Origin: Lachnospiraceae bacterium
GTDB taxonomy: Bacteria; Bacillota; Clostridia; Lachnospirales; Lachnospiraceae
Length of the DNA stretch: 64,000 nucleotides
Direction: 5' to 3'
Assembly (NCBI GenBank): GCA_013316825.1
Contig: WSLY01000008.1
Coordinates: 14,414 to 78,413, forward strand
Shown: in pieces, positions 50,164-59,729 of the stretch
How the letters are laid out: each line of letters begins with the position of its first letter
Position numbering within the stretch: position 1 is the first letter of the stretch
Translations under genes and position numbers: made by a program
Notes under the pieces: generated by a model
Databases searched by the model: none
The model's input: only the letters and a program-made list of their open reading frames with translations
Told to the model about the DNA's origin: nothing

Positions 50164-51465
50164 ATGAAAGAGGAAAAAAGAAAAAATCAGGCAGTATGGT
50201 ATAAGCTGGATTTGTCGGCAATTGTATACCCGACGCTGCAGCGGAAGGATTTCTCTTCGGTGTACCGTCTTTCGGTGGTGTTAAAGGAGCCGATAAAGCC
50301 TGAAGTGCTGCAGGAAGCGCTTGACAGGACGCTTCCCCGTTTTCCAACCTATAAGGCGGCTATCAGGAAGGGGCTGTTCTGGCGGTATTTGGAGCCCAAT
50401 AACAGGCCCGGTCCTTTTGTGCAGCCGGATATCAAGAATCCCTGTATGCCCATGCCTTTTAAAGCCAACAACCGTTATCTGGTGCGGGTTTATTATTATG
50501 GCTGCCGGATTGCTCTCGAGGCGCATCACAGTCTGGGTGACGGGACCGGCGGCATGTGCGTGCTGCAGACGCTGACTGCGGAATATCTGCGTCTTCTGGG
50601 AAAGAAAATGGAAAATGGGGGGTTTGTTCTGGATATTGCAGAAAAGCCGGAGCCGGAGGAGCTGGAAGACGCTTATATGAAATATGCCAATTCCAAGGTA
50701 TGCCCGCCCAGGCCGCAGGAGAAGACGTATCGTGTGAGGGGGACCGCGGAACCGTTTTACACACTAAATATTATAGACGGCATTATGTCTTCTTCACAGG
50801 TGGCACAGGCGGCAAAGAAGTATGATGCGACAGTCACGGAATATTTGAATGCGGTGCTTTTGTATGCGCTTATGCAGAAGCAGGAAAATGATTTTCATTT
50901 AAAGCTGCGTCCTGTCAAAATAGCCATGCCGGTAAATCTGAGGCGTTTTTTCCCCAGCAAAACCCTGCGGAATTTTATTACCATGATTTACCCCGGCATC
51001 GACCCAAGACTGGGAGAATATACCTTTGCGGAAATTGTGGCACATGTGCGGGGGTATATGCGCTATTATATCAATGAGAAATTTTTGCGCGGAGATATCA
51101 CGACGAACGCTTCCACGCAAAAAAATCCTTTTATCCGTGTGGTGCCGCTTTTTATTAAGGATTTTGTGGTGCGTACCTTTTATACAAAGGTACAGGACAA
51201 AAATTCTTCTGCGGGCCTGACAAATATGGGGAGGCTTATCGTGCCTGAGAGCATGAAGCCTTATATTGAAAGGTTTGATATCTATATGGGACAGCCTTTT
51301 TCCCGCCGGACAAATTGTGCCATTATCAGCTTTGAAGACACGCTCACAGTCAATTTTGCGAGCAGCATCGTGGAGGCGGATGTGGAGCGGTATTTCTTCA
51401 GAAAGCTGGTGCAGGAAGGGATTTCCGTCAAAATAGAGAGTAACAGGGATTTTTATGGATTGTGA
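50164..51465 (+). CDS. CoA-dependent acyltransferase (alcohol acetyltransferase/condensation-domain-like)
   Basis: HHSLGDG (HHxxxDG) catalytic motif; PVNLR..FPS.TLRNF; TNMG. Confidence 0.75.
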   Translation: MKEEKRKNQAVWYKLDLSAIVYPTLQRKDFSSVYRLSVVLKEPIKPEVLQEALDRTLPRFPTYKAAIRKGLFWRYLEPNNRPGPFVQPDIKNPCMPMPFKANNRYLVRVYYYGCRIALEAHHSLGDGTGGMCVLQTLTAEYLRLLGKKMENGGFVLDIAEKPEPEELEDAYMKYANSKVCPPRPQEKTYRVRGTAEPFYTLNIIDGIMSSSQVAQAAKKYDATVTEYLNAVLLYALMQKQENDFHLKLRPVKIAMPVNLRRFFPSKTLRNFITMIYPGIDPRLGEYTFAEIVAHVRGYMRYYINEKFLRGDITTNASTQKNPFIRVVPLFIKDFVVRTFYTKVQDKNSSAGLTNMGRLIVPESMKPYIERFDIYMGQPFSRRTNCAIISFEDTLTVNFASSIVEADVERYFFRKLVQEGISVKIESNRDFYGL

Positions 51466-51474
51466 GGTAGCAGT

Positions 51475-52179
51475 ATGTCATATTGCGTAAACTGCGGCGT
51501 GGAGCTTGACAGAAGCCTGCGGGCTTGTCCGCTCTGCAATACGCCGGTTATCAACCCGAGGGAGCTGGAGCAAAAAAGTGCGGGCTCTGCTTTTCCAAAG
51601 GAAAAGGGGCAGGTGGAAACCGTAAAGAGAAAGGATTTGGGAATCCTGCTCTCCGTGGTGCTGATTGCGGCGGGAGTTACCTGCGGAATCCTGAATCTGT
51701 TTGTGTTTAGAGAAAGCGCCTGGTCCCTGCTGATTATCGGCGCCTGCCTGATTGTGTGGGTACTCTTTATTCCGGTGGTGATATATACGCGGCTCTCGGC
51801 ATATTCTGCTATATTTTTTGATGGAATTGCCGTCTGCATCTATTTGTACCTGATTACGCTTGTAACGGGAAACAACACGTGGCTTTTAGGGCTGGCGCTG
51901 CCGATTGTGCTGCTGGTGTCCTGTGTTTGTGAGCTTTTTGTTCTGTGTATCAAAAAACTGCCGGTCACTTTTCTGACAACGGCGCTCTATCTGTTTACGG
52001 CGGCAGGAATCTTGTGTGTCGGACTGGAAATTCTGATTGACAGATACTTACGAAGCAGGATACAGTTGGTTTGGTCTGCGGTGGTGCTGACAGTGTGTGT
52101 GATTATTGATATTACACTGATTACCATGCTGTCCCGTGCAAGGCTGCGGGATGCAGTGCGCAGGCGTCTGCATTTTTAG
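51475..52179 (+). CDS. Zinc-ribbon membrane protein (DUF6320-like)
   Basis: CVNC..CPLC at the N-terminus, about 6 TM segments, ends RRRLHF. Confidence 0.75.
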   Translation: MSYCVNCGVELDRSLRACPLCNTPVINPRELEQKSAGSAFPKEKGQVETVKRKDLGILLSVVLIAAGVTCGILNLFVFRESAWSLLIIGACLIVWVLFIPVVIYTRLSAYSAIFFDGIAVCIYLYLITLVTGNNTWLLGLALPIVLLVSCVCELFVLCIKKLPVTFLTTALYLFTAAGILCVGLEILIDRYLRSRIQLVWSAVVLTVCVIIDITLITMLSRARLRDAVRRRLHF

Positions 52180-52282
52180 TAAATTTAGTAAAAGCACCAC
52201 AAACAGGTAAATGGCTTGTCTTTCGGTACACATTGCGGGCATATGTTTTGTGCAGGAAGGAAGCGCAGAAATGAGGGAGAAA

Positions 52283-53185
52283 ATGGCGGATAAGAAAAAC
52301 CAGAGCCTGATGCAGCTTATCAGGAGAGTGCACGGGCTTGTGGAAAATACGGATATTGAAAAGCACAGGCAGTCCCAGAACCACATCGGGGCGCTATTGG
52401 GCAACAGCAAAGAAATTACGTATACGGAGGTTGCCATGGAGGGCATTCACGGGGAGTGGGCTTCCGTCAACCGTGCGCATATGAAAAAATATGTGATTTT
52501 GTATTGTCACGGAGGCGGCTATTCCACGGGAAGCTGTCTGTACGGCAGAACGCTGACTTCCAAGCTGGCGGCGACTACTTCCATGGATGTTTTGAGCTTT
52601 GATTACAGACTGGCGCCGGAGCATCCTTATCCGGCGGCGCTTACGGATGCCATAAAGGTTTGGGATTACCTTATGCTGATAGGCTATGGGGCGAGGGATA
52701 TTATACTGGTTGGGGATTCTGCCGGCGGCAATCTGGCGCTGGCGCTTACTTTGAAGCTGAAGGAGGCAGGGCGGCTTTTGCCGAGGGGACTGGTATTGAT
52801 GTCGCCGTGGACCGATTTGACTTCATCCGGAGAGTCCCATCAAACGAGGGCGGAGGTTGATCCTGTATTAAGCAAAGAATATATTGACAGAATGATAACG
52901 GCGTATTTAGGAAGCGAAAAACCGTCAGAAATGCTTTCCAGTCCTTATATTTCTCCGCTTTTCGGAGATTTTACAGGCTTCCCGCCTGTCTACATACAGG
53001 CAGGGGACAACGAGATACTGCTTAGCGACTCCGTGGAGCTGCACAAAAGGCTGCTGGAAGCAAATGTGTCTGCAAGGCTGGACTGCTTTGCTGGTATGTG
53101 GCATGTATTTCAGATGTCGCCTTTTAAGACCGCCTATGAAGCGATGGATAAGAATGCAGAATTTATCTATGACATCTGCAGATAA
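52283..53185 (+). CDS. Alpha/beta hydrolase, HSL-family esterase
   Basis: HGGGY, DYRLAPEHPYPA, GDSAGG and WHVF motifs. Confidence 0.92.
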   Translation: MADKKNQSLMQLIRRVHGLVENTDIEKHRQSQNHIGALLGNSKEITYTEVAMEGIHGEWASVNRAHMKKYVILYCHGGGYSTGSCLYGRTLTSKLAATTSMDVLSFDYRLAPEHPYPAALTDAIKVWDYLMLIGYGARDIILVGDSAGGNLALALTLKLKEAGRLLPRGLVLMSPWTDLTSSGESHQTRAEVDPVLSKEYIDRMITAYLGSEKPSEMLSSPYISPLFGDFTGFPPVYIQAGDNEILLSDSVELHKRLLEANVSARLDCFAGMWHVFQMSPFKTAYEAMDKNAEFIYDICR

Positions 53186-53194
53186 ACGAAAAAC

Positions 53195-53228
53195 TGCTGC
53201 CCCGAAAAGTCAGGCTTTTGGGGCAGCG
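53195..53228. terminator. Bidirectional terminator-like hairpin
   Basis: GCTGCCCCGAAAAG-tcagg-CTTTTGGGGCAGC. Confidence 0.65.
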
Positions 53229-53235
53229 ATTCGTT

Positions 53236-53466
53236 TCAGTATTGATATTCCCTTGTGCGGTAATGAGAGGCGGCAAGCTTCAGATCCCTGCCGTATAAAA
53301 CGGTGCGGTACTCTCTGGGAGCAAAAGCGGCATCATGGACTGCTTCTTCCAAAACCTGAGCAAACGTACCCTTGGAAGCTTCCTGTTCCTGTCCCTTAGA
53401 GTGCTGTCTCGGCTCGTCACGCTTTATTTTGCCGGTCAGGGGAACGGCTAATACTGAATGCACCAT
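53236..53466 (-). CDS. Small hypothetical protein (76 aa)
   Basis: Fills an intergenic gap and ends at the shared hairpin; sigma28-like promoter upstream. Confidence 0.55.
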   Translation of the reverse strand: MVHSVLAVPLTGKIKRDEPRQHSKGQEQEASKGTFAQVLEEAVHDAAFAPREYRTVLYGRDLKLAASHYRTREYQY

Positions 53467-53547
53467 GAAAATACTTGTAATTCCTTTTGCTGCGGCTATC
53501 CCTCCTTGGATGTGTATTTCAATAGTGTCTTGTTTCTTCTATTATAT

Positions 53548-53575
53548 ATTTCGAATATCCGGCGCAAAAAGTTTA
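53548..53575 (-). promoter_or_regulatory. sigma28-type promoter
   Basis: TAAA-N16-TTCGAAAT on the minus strand. Confidence 0.45.
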
Positions 53576-53705
53576 GGGCTGCAAAGAAAAGGAATGAAAA
53601 AAGAAAAAAAGGAGTTTGCCAGTCTGCGCAGAATATTAAGAATAAGGAGAAATTTTGATTTGAAAGAAGGTCTGTTTAGGCGCGGGGGCGCAGAAAGGCT
53701 TTTAT

Positions 53706-54710
53706 ATGACAATCAGAGAACAACTGGAATTGTGGGAAAAGGACTACTTAAGTCCTTATGCGACGCTCAGCATGTACTCGAAGGGCAGGGCAAAGGAAGA
53801 GGAACAGTGTGATATCCGTCCGGTCTTTCAGAGAGACAGGGACCGAATCCTGCACAGCAAATCTTTTCGGAGGCTGAAGGATAAGACGCAGGTTTTTTTG
53901 ACGCCTGAGGGCGACCATTACAGGACGCGTCTGACGCATACACTGGAGGTATCCCAGAACGCGAGAACCATTGCCAAAGCGCTGCGGATGAATGAGGATT
54001 TGGTAGAGGCGATTGCGTTAGGACATGACTTGGGACATACGCCCTTTGGACATGCCGGCGAGAGAGCGCTTAACCGGATATGCCCGTATGGATTTGAACA
54101 CAATGTACAGAGTGTGCGGACAGTGGAAAAGCTGGAAAAAGGCGGGCAGGGGCTGAATCTGACATGGGAAGTGAGAGATGGTATCCTCAATCACCAGACG
54201 GCGAGCATACCTTCTACGCTGGAGGGTAAAATTGTCAGGCTTTCCGACAAAATAGCCTACATTCATCACGATATGGATGATGCCATCAGGGGCGGCATTT
54301 TAAAGGAAGAGGACGTGCCGAAGGAAATCGGTGATGTTATTGGATATACCACAGGCGAGCGTCTCGACCATTTTATCCATGACATTGTAACGACGAGCTT
54401 TGAGACCGACGATATCAGGATGTCAGAGCCGGTTGCGGAGGCAATGCAGAAGCTGCGGCGTTTTATGTTTGAGCGCGTTTACCAGAATAAAGAGGCAAAG
54501 AGCGAGGAAAGCAAGGCGGAAATGCTGATAGAGACGCTCTATACCTATTATTTTAAGCATTTTGACGAGCTGCCAGCCGACATGCGCCGTATGGAGGAGA
54601 GCGGCGAGCCCGCAGAGAAGCTTGTATGTGATTATATCGCCGCCATGACAGACCGCTTTGCCACAGCGGTCTATGAAGAGCTTTACATACCGAAGTCGTG
54701 GCATGGGTAA
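53706..54710 (+). CDS. dgt: dGTP triphosphohydrolase-like HD protein
   Basis: RTRLTHTLEV and HDLGHTPFGH motifs. Confidence 0.92.
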   Translation: MTIREQLELWEKDYLSPYATLSMYSKGRAKEEEQCDIRPVFQRDRDRILHSKSFRRLKDKTQVFLTPEGDHYRTRLTHTLEVSQNARTIAKALRMNEDLVEAIALGHDLGHTPFGHAGERALNRICPYGFEHNVQSVRTVEKLEKGGQGLNLTWEVRDGILNHQTASIPSTLEGKIVRLSDKIAYIHHDMDDAIRGGILKEEDVPKEIGDVIGYTTGERLDHFIHDIVTTSFETDDIRMSEPVAEAMQKLRRFMFERVYQNKEAKSEESKAEMLIETLYTYYFKHFDELPADMRRMEESGEPAEKLVCDYIAAMTDRFATAVYEELYIPKSWHG

Positions 54711-54836
54711 GGAGTTGGATTTGCGTGCGAAAAGTATGCATTAGGCTGGGGTCAAATAGGAGGAAATCATTTGACGACGACAGTTATTGCAGGCTTTTCA
54801 TATGCAAATCTGGCGGGTAATTGTAAAGATGCAATG

Positions 54837-55063
54837 TCAGATCATTGCGAAACTCCTGTTTATCAGTCCCGAATTGTACACCTTGTATATTCCATAAGCA
54901 GACTCTTAAAAAACGTCAGCACCAAAGTCATGCGGGCATGACTTGCGAGGTATTTTCGAGCTTAGCACTGTTACGTTTTTTATGAAGCGAAAGCGGGTCT
55001 GTGGTGGAATATACAAGGTGCACAATGACACTTGCATAATTACTGAGTTTCGCAATCACCTAA
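54837..55063. mobile_element. MITE/REPIN-like fold-back element, family III (about 227 bp)
   Basis: Terminal inverted repeats TCAGATCATTGCGAAACTC / GAGTTTCGCAATCACCTAA (16 of 19 match); inner IR TTGTACACCTTGTATATTCCA / TGGAATATACAAGGTGCACAA; no ORF; related copies at 38053 and about 16145. Confidence 0.6.
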
Positions 55064-55096
55064 AAGTACGACATATACAGGAAAGGAGAACACGCA

Positions 55097-56869
55097 ATGT
55101 ACTATCCCGAAGAGCTGGTAGAAGAAGTCAGAATGAAAAATGATATTGTGGATGTGATATCGGGATATGTGAAGCTGCAGAAGAAAGGCGCCAGCCACTT
55201 CGGACTCTGCCCCTTTCACAATGAAAAGTCTCCTTCTTTTTCCGTGTCGGGCGCAAAGCAGATGTATTATTGCTTTGGCTGCGGCGCGGGCGGCAATGTA
55301 TTTACCTTTATTATGAATTATGAAAATTATACCTTCGGCGAGGCAATCAAGATGCTGGCGGAGCGCGCGGGCGTCAATCTGCCGGAGGTAGAGTATTCTG
55401 CGGAGATGAAAAAAAAGGAAAACCACAGGGCGCGGCTTTTAGAGGCAAACAAGGAGGCGGCAAAGTACTTTTATTATCAGCTCCGCGCCAAGCAGGGGGA
55501 GACGGGGCTGCAGTATCTGACAAACCGGCGGCTTGTGGGGGAGACCATGCAGAAATTCGGGCTGGGTTTTGCCAATAAGACAAGAGATGATTTGACTCAG
55601 TATTTAAAGAAAAAAGGATTTGACGAAAGACTGCTTGCGGAAGCCGGTCTTAGCAGCTACGACGAGCAGAGGGGTTCTCACGACAAATTCTGGAACAGGG
55701 TTATGTTTCCCATACAGGACATTAACCACCGCGTCATAGGATTTGGCGGCAGGGTGATGGGAGAGGGTGAGCCCAAGTATTTAAACTCGCCGGAAACGCC
55801 GGTGTTTGACAAGAGCCGGAATTTGTACGGGCTTAATTTTGCCAGAACCGCCCGTGCCGGCAATGTGATTCTGTGCGAGGGCTACATGGATGTGATTTCC
55901 ATGCATCAGGCAGGGTTTACGCAGGCGGTTGCGTCTCTTGGGACGGCGTTTACTTCGGGACAGGCGAATCTGCTAAAGCGCTATACGGAGAATGTGCTGT
56001 TAGCTTACGACAGCGACGGCGCGGGAGTCAAAGCGGCGCTGCGTGCCATTGGCATTTTACGTGAAGCGGGACTGACAGGTAAGGTGATTGACTTAAAGCC
56101 CCATAAAGACCCTGACGAGTTTATCAAAAATGAGGGAACAGAGGTGTTTCAGGAGAGAATTGCGGGTGCGGAAAACAGCTTTATGTTTGAAATCCGTATT
56201 CTGGAGCGGGATTATGATTTGAAAGACCCTGAGGGTAAGACAAAGTTTCATAAAGAAATTGCGAAAAAGCTCTGCGGCTTTGAAATAGAGGTGGAGCGGG
56301 AAAATTATCTTGAGGCGGTGGCGGACAAGTACCATATCGGTTTTGACAATCTGCGGCGGCTGGTGAATACCTATGCGGCGCAGACGGGAATGGTAAAGCC
56401 TGTGGAAAGACCAAAGCAGGCGGCGGGGAAAAAGGCGACGCCGGAGGAAAACAGCAGGCGCATCCAACGTATGCTGCTTACGTGGATTACGGATTATCCG
56501 CAGGTGTATCCCCGCATAGCCCAGTATATAAAAGCTTCTGATTTTACGGAGGAGCTATACCGGAAGGTAGCGGAGCGCCTGTTTTTGGATATAGAGGCGG
56601 GGAACTACAATCCGGCGGGCATTGTCAGTATGTTTGAGGAGGAGGAACAGCAGCGGGAGGCCGCCGCGCTGTTTAACACCAAAGTGGAAGCGCTTCAGAC
56701 GAAACAGGAGAGGGAGAAAGCTTTTCACGATATTTTATATGCTGTAAAAAAGAATAGTTATGAATACTATTCCGGCAGGCTGGGAAGTGACATGGAGGCA
56801 TTAAATCAGGTGATTGCGGGCAAGAAGGCACTGGAAGAGCTTGGAAAAACGCATATTTCACTGGATTGA
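55097..56869 (+). CDS. dnaG: DNA primase
   Basis: CPFHNEKSPSF, KYLNSPET, EGYMDV and YDSD motifs. Confidence 0.97.
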   Translation: MYYPEELVEEVRMKNDIVDVISGYVKLQKKGASHFGLCPFHNEKSPSFSVSGAKQMYYCFGCGAGGNVFTFIMNYENYTFGEAIKMLAERAGVNLPEVEYSAEMKKKENHRARLLEANKEAAKYFYYQLRAKQGETGLQYLTNRRLVGETMQKFGLGFANKTRDDLTQYLKKKGFDERLLAEAGLSSYDEQRGSHDKFWNRVMFPIQDINHRVIGFGGRVMGEGEPKYLNSPETPVFDKSRNLYGLNFARTARAGNVILCEGYMDVISMHQAGFTQAVASLGTAFTSGQANLLKRYTENVLLAYDSDGAGVKAALRAIGILREAGLTGKVIDLKPHKDPDEFIKNEGTEVFQERIAGAENSFMFEIRILERDYDLKDPEGKTKFHKEIAKKLCGFEIEVERENYLEAVADKYHIGFDNLRRLVNTYAAQTGMVKPVERPKQAAGKKATPEENSRRIQRMLLTWITDYPQVYPRIAQYIKASDFTEELYRKVAERLFLDIEAGNYNPAGIVSMFEEEEQQREAAALFNTKVEALQTKQEREKAFHDILYAVKKNSYEYYSGRLGSDMEALNQVIAGKKALEELGKTHISLD

Positions 56870-56908
56870 GGTTATACTACTACTACGTTTTGAAAGGATG
56901 GAACCAAA

Positions 56909-58021
56909 ATGGATGAAAACACACAGGCAAGGTTTGAGGAGAAGATGAAGGAGCTTCTCGCCGTTGCAAAGAAGAAAAAGAATGTGCTGGAATATCAGGA
57001 AATCAACGATTTCTTTTTAGACATGCCGCTCGAAGAGGAACAGTTTGATAAAATTCTGGAGATTTTGGAGCAGAATAATGTCGATATCCTGCGGATTACG
57101 GAGGAAGATGACGTAGACGACGAAGAAATCATGATGATTGACGAGGAAGACGTAGATGTGGAAAACCTCGATCTCTCCGTGCCGGACGGTATCAGCATAG
57201 AAGACCCTGTTAGGATGTATTTAAAGGAAATCGGCAAGGTACCGCTTTTGTCTGCGGAGGAAGAAATTGAACTGGCAAAGAAAATGGAACTGGGCGATCA
57301 GGATGCGAAAAAGCGCCTTGCGGAAGCTAACCTGCGTCTGGTAGTCAGCATTGCCAAGCGTTATGTGGGCAGGGGAATGTTGTTTTTGGATTTGATACAG
57401 GAGGGCAATCTGGGACTGATTAAAGCGGTGGAAAAGTTTGATTACCGAAAGGGCTATAAGTTTTCTACTTATGCGACATGGTGGATTCGGCAGGCAATTA
57501 CGAGGGCCATTGCAGATCAGGCGAGAACCATCAGAATTCCCGTGCATATGGTGGAAACCATCAATAAACTGATTCGTGTCAGCCGCCAGTTGTTACAGGA
57601 GCTTGGCAGGGAGCCTTCACCGGAGGAAATTGCGGAAGAGATGAATATGCCGGTGGAGCGCGTGCGCGAGATTTTAAAAATCAGTCAGGAGCCGGTTTCG
57701 TTAGAGACGCCCATCGGCGAGGAGGAAGACAGCCACCTGGGAGATTTTATTCAGGACGACAATGTGCCGGTGCCGGCAGATGCGGCTGCGTTTACGCTTT
57801 TAAAGGAACAGCTTGTGGAGGTGCTTGGCACGCTGACCGAAAGGGAACAGAAGGTATTAAGGCTGCGTTTTGGACTGGATGACGGCAGGGCGCGGACACT
57901 GGAAGAGGTAGGGAAGGAGTTCAGCGTAACCCGTGAGCGTATCCGCCAGATTGAGGCGAAGGCGCTGCGCAAGCTCAGGCATCCCAGCCGCAGCCGCAAA
58001 CTGAAGGACTATTTGGATTAG
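56909..58021 (+). CDS. rpoD: RNA polymerase primary sigma factor
   Basis: [22 protein letters not shown] and [15 protein letters not shown] motifs. Confidence 0.97.
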   Translation: MDENTQARFEEKMKELLAVAKKKKNVLEYQEINDFFLDMPLEEEQFDKILEILEQNNVDILRITEEDDVDDEEIMMIDEEDVDVENLDLSVPDGISIEDPVRMYLKEIGKVPLLSAEEEIELAKKMELGDQDAKKRLAEANLRLVVSIAKRYVGRGMLFLDLIQEGNLGLIKAVEKFDYRKGYKFSTYATWWIRQAITRAIADQARTIRIPVHMVETINKLIRVSRQLLQELGREPSPEEIAEEMNMPVERVREILKISQEPVSLETPIGEEEDSHLGDFIQDDNVPVPADAAAFTLLKEQLVEVLGTLTEREQKVLRLRFGLDDGRARTLEEVGKEFSVTRERIRQIEAKALRKLRHPSRSRKLKDYLD

Positions 58022-58029
58022 GACAAGCC

Positions 58030-58902
58030 ATGGAATTGTCAAAAAGATTACAGGCAATTGCAGATATGGTGACAATGGGCAGCAGGACGGCGGACGTAGG
58101 CTGCGACCATGGCTTTGTATCCATTTATCTGTATGAAAATCAAATTGCGCCGAAGGTTTACGCCATGGATTTGCGAAAGGGACCTTTAGAGCGTGCCAGA
58201 GAGCATATAGCGGCGAGAGGATTTTCCGATTACATAGAGACAAGGCTTTCCGATGGTCTGGAAGCGCTTCATGCGGGGGAAGCGGATACGTTAATCTGTG
58301 CCGGCATGGGGGGACGCCTGATGGCGGAAATCCTGTCAAGGGGGCAGGAAAAAGCAAAGCTGATGAAAGAGCTGATTTTGCAGCCCCAGTCGGAGCTTCG
58401 GTATTTTCGGGCATTTCTGCGGGAGAACGGATATGTCGTTGCGGCGGAAAACATGGTGAAGGAAGACGGCAAATTTTATGTGGTGATGAAGGCGGTATAC
58501 CGTGGCGGAGAAATGGCAGGCGGCTTTTGCAAAACGGAAGCGGTAACAGGCGGCGGGAATAGTGGAAAAGCATCTGCATCGGACGGCGAGTCCGACGAGG
58601 TTCGGCAGCGGATAGCGGACAGCTTTGGATCCTGCCTGTTAGCAAAACGGCATCCGGTTTTAAAGGAATATCTGGAAATGCTGCGGGATAGAAATGAAAA
58701 GATTCTGGCGGGTCTTGACAGTGCGGGAGAGTGCAGCAGACAGAAGGGCGATGCCGTGTACGGGGCAAATGGCGGCAGCGCAGATGCCTGCAGGAGAGAC
58801 AAGCGGAAAAGGGAGCTGTTGGAAGAGCTTTCCGATATAGAGCGCTGTCTTCTATTTATGACAATAGAAGACCCGCGAAGCGAGGATTCTATTGTTTTAT
58901 AA
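58030..58902 (+). CDS. trmK: tRNA (adenine-22-N1)-methyltransferase
   Basis: DVGCDHG, AGMGG and ILQP motifs; typical synteny. Confidence 0.9.
   Translation: MELSKRLQAIADMVTMGSRTADVGCDHGFVSIYLYENQIAPKVYAMDLRKGPLERAREHIAARGFSDYIETRLSDGLEALHAGEADTLICAGMGGRLMAEILSRGQEKAKLMKELILQPQSELRYFRAFLRENGYVVAAENMVKEDGKFYVVMKAVYRGGEMAGGFCKTEAVTGGGNSGKASASDGESDEVRQRIADSFGSCLLAKRHPVLKEYLEMLRDRNEKILAGLDSAGECSRQKGDAVYGANGGSADACRRDKRKRELLEELSDIERCLLFMTIEDPRSEDSIVL
58855..58896 (+). repeat. Short hairpin repeat, family II, copy C (inside the 3' end of trmK)
   Basis: TTTATGACAATAGAAGACCCGCGAAGCGAGGATTCTATTGTT. Confidence 0.85.
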
Positions 58903-58920
58903 AAGAGAAGGAGAAGGGGT

Positions 58921-59703
58921 ATGAGGTGTACGGACATTATGCGCAGGCTGGAAGTGCTTGCGCCTTTGGGGTTTGCCGAACAGTGGGACAATGCGGGGCT
59001 TTTGGCAGGGCGGAGTGCAAAGGAAGTAAAAAGCGTGTATCTGGCGGTGGATGCCACCGACGAGGTGATAGCGGACGCTGTCGATGCCGGAGCGGATATG
59101 CTGATTACTCATCATCCACTGATTTTTTCCCCTTTAAAAAGCATCACGGCGGAGCATTTTATCGGCAGGCGTGTACTAAAGCTTCTGCAGGCGGATATCT
59201 GCTATTATGCCATGCATACCAATTTTGACGTGATGGGAATGGCAGATGCGGCGGCGGATGAGCTGCGGCTTTTGGACAGGCAGGTTTTGGAGATTACCTG
59301 TGAGGATGAGATTGCCAAAGAGGGAATCGGGCGTTATGGCAGACTGCCAAATGTCATGAATCTTTCTCAATGTGCGGCGTATGTGAAAGAGGTGTTTCGG
59401 CTGCCCGCCGTCAGGGTGTACGGGGAAATGAACGAGAGGATAGAGATTGCCGCGGTTTCCCCCGGCTCGGCAAAATCCGTGGTATCGTCAGCCGTGCAGA
59501 CAGGCGTTGATGTGCTGATTTCAGGGGATATCGATCATCATATGGGGATTGACCTGGTGGCGCAGGGGGTATCGGTGATTGATGCGGGGCATTATGGTCT
59601 GGAGAAGCTTTTTGTGCCGTACATGCAGGAGTACTGCAGGAAAAAAATGCCGGAGCTTACAGTATTGGCGGCAGAGGAAAAAAGTCCATATACAGTGGTA
59701 TAA
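58921..59703 (+). CDS. Nif3-like dinuclear metal centre protein
   Basis: WDNAGL, THHPLIF, HTNFD and DAGHY motifs. Confidence 0.93.
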   Translation: MRCTDIMRRLEVLAPLGFAEQWDNAGLLAGRSAKEVKSVYLAVDATDEVIADAVDAGADMLITHHPLIFSPLKSITAEHFIGRRVLKLLQADICYYAMHTNFDVMGMADAAADELRLLDRQVLEITCEDEIAKEGIGRYGRLPNVMNLSQCAAYVKEVFRLPAVRVYGEMNERIEIAAVSPGSAKSVVSSAVQTGVDVLISGDIDHHMGIDLVAQGVSVIDAGHYGLEKLFVPYMQEYCRKKMPELTVLAAEEKSPYTVV

Positions 59704-59729
59704 ACAAAAATACGGGAGGTATTGGGAAG

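Noticed and set aside
53706-54710. dGTPase as an anti-phage defence gene
   Set aside because: Short housekeeping type in the usual dgt-dnaG-sigA context, with no defence island nearby.
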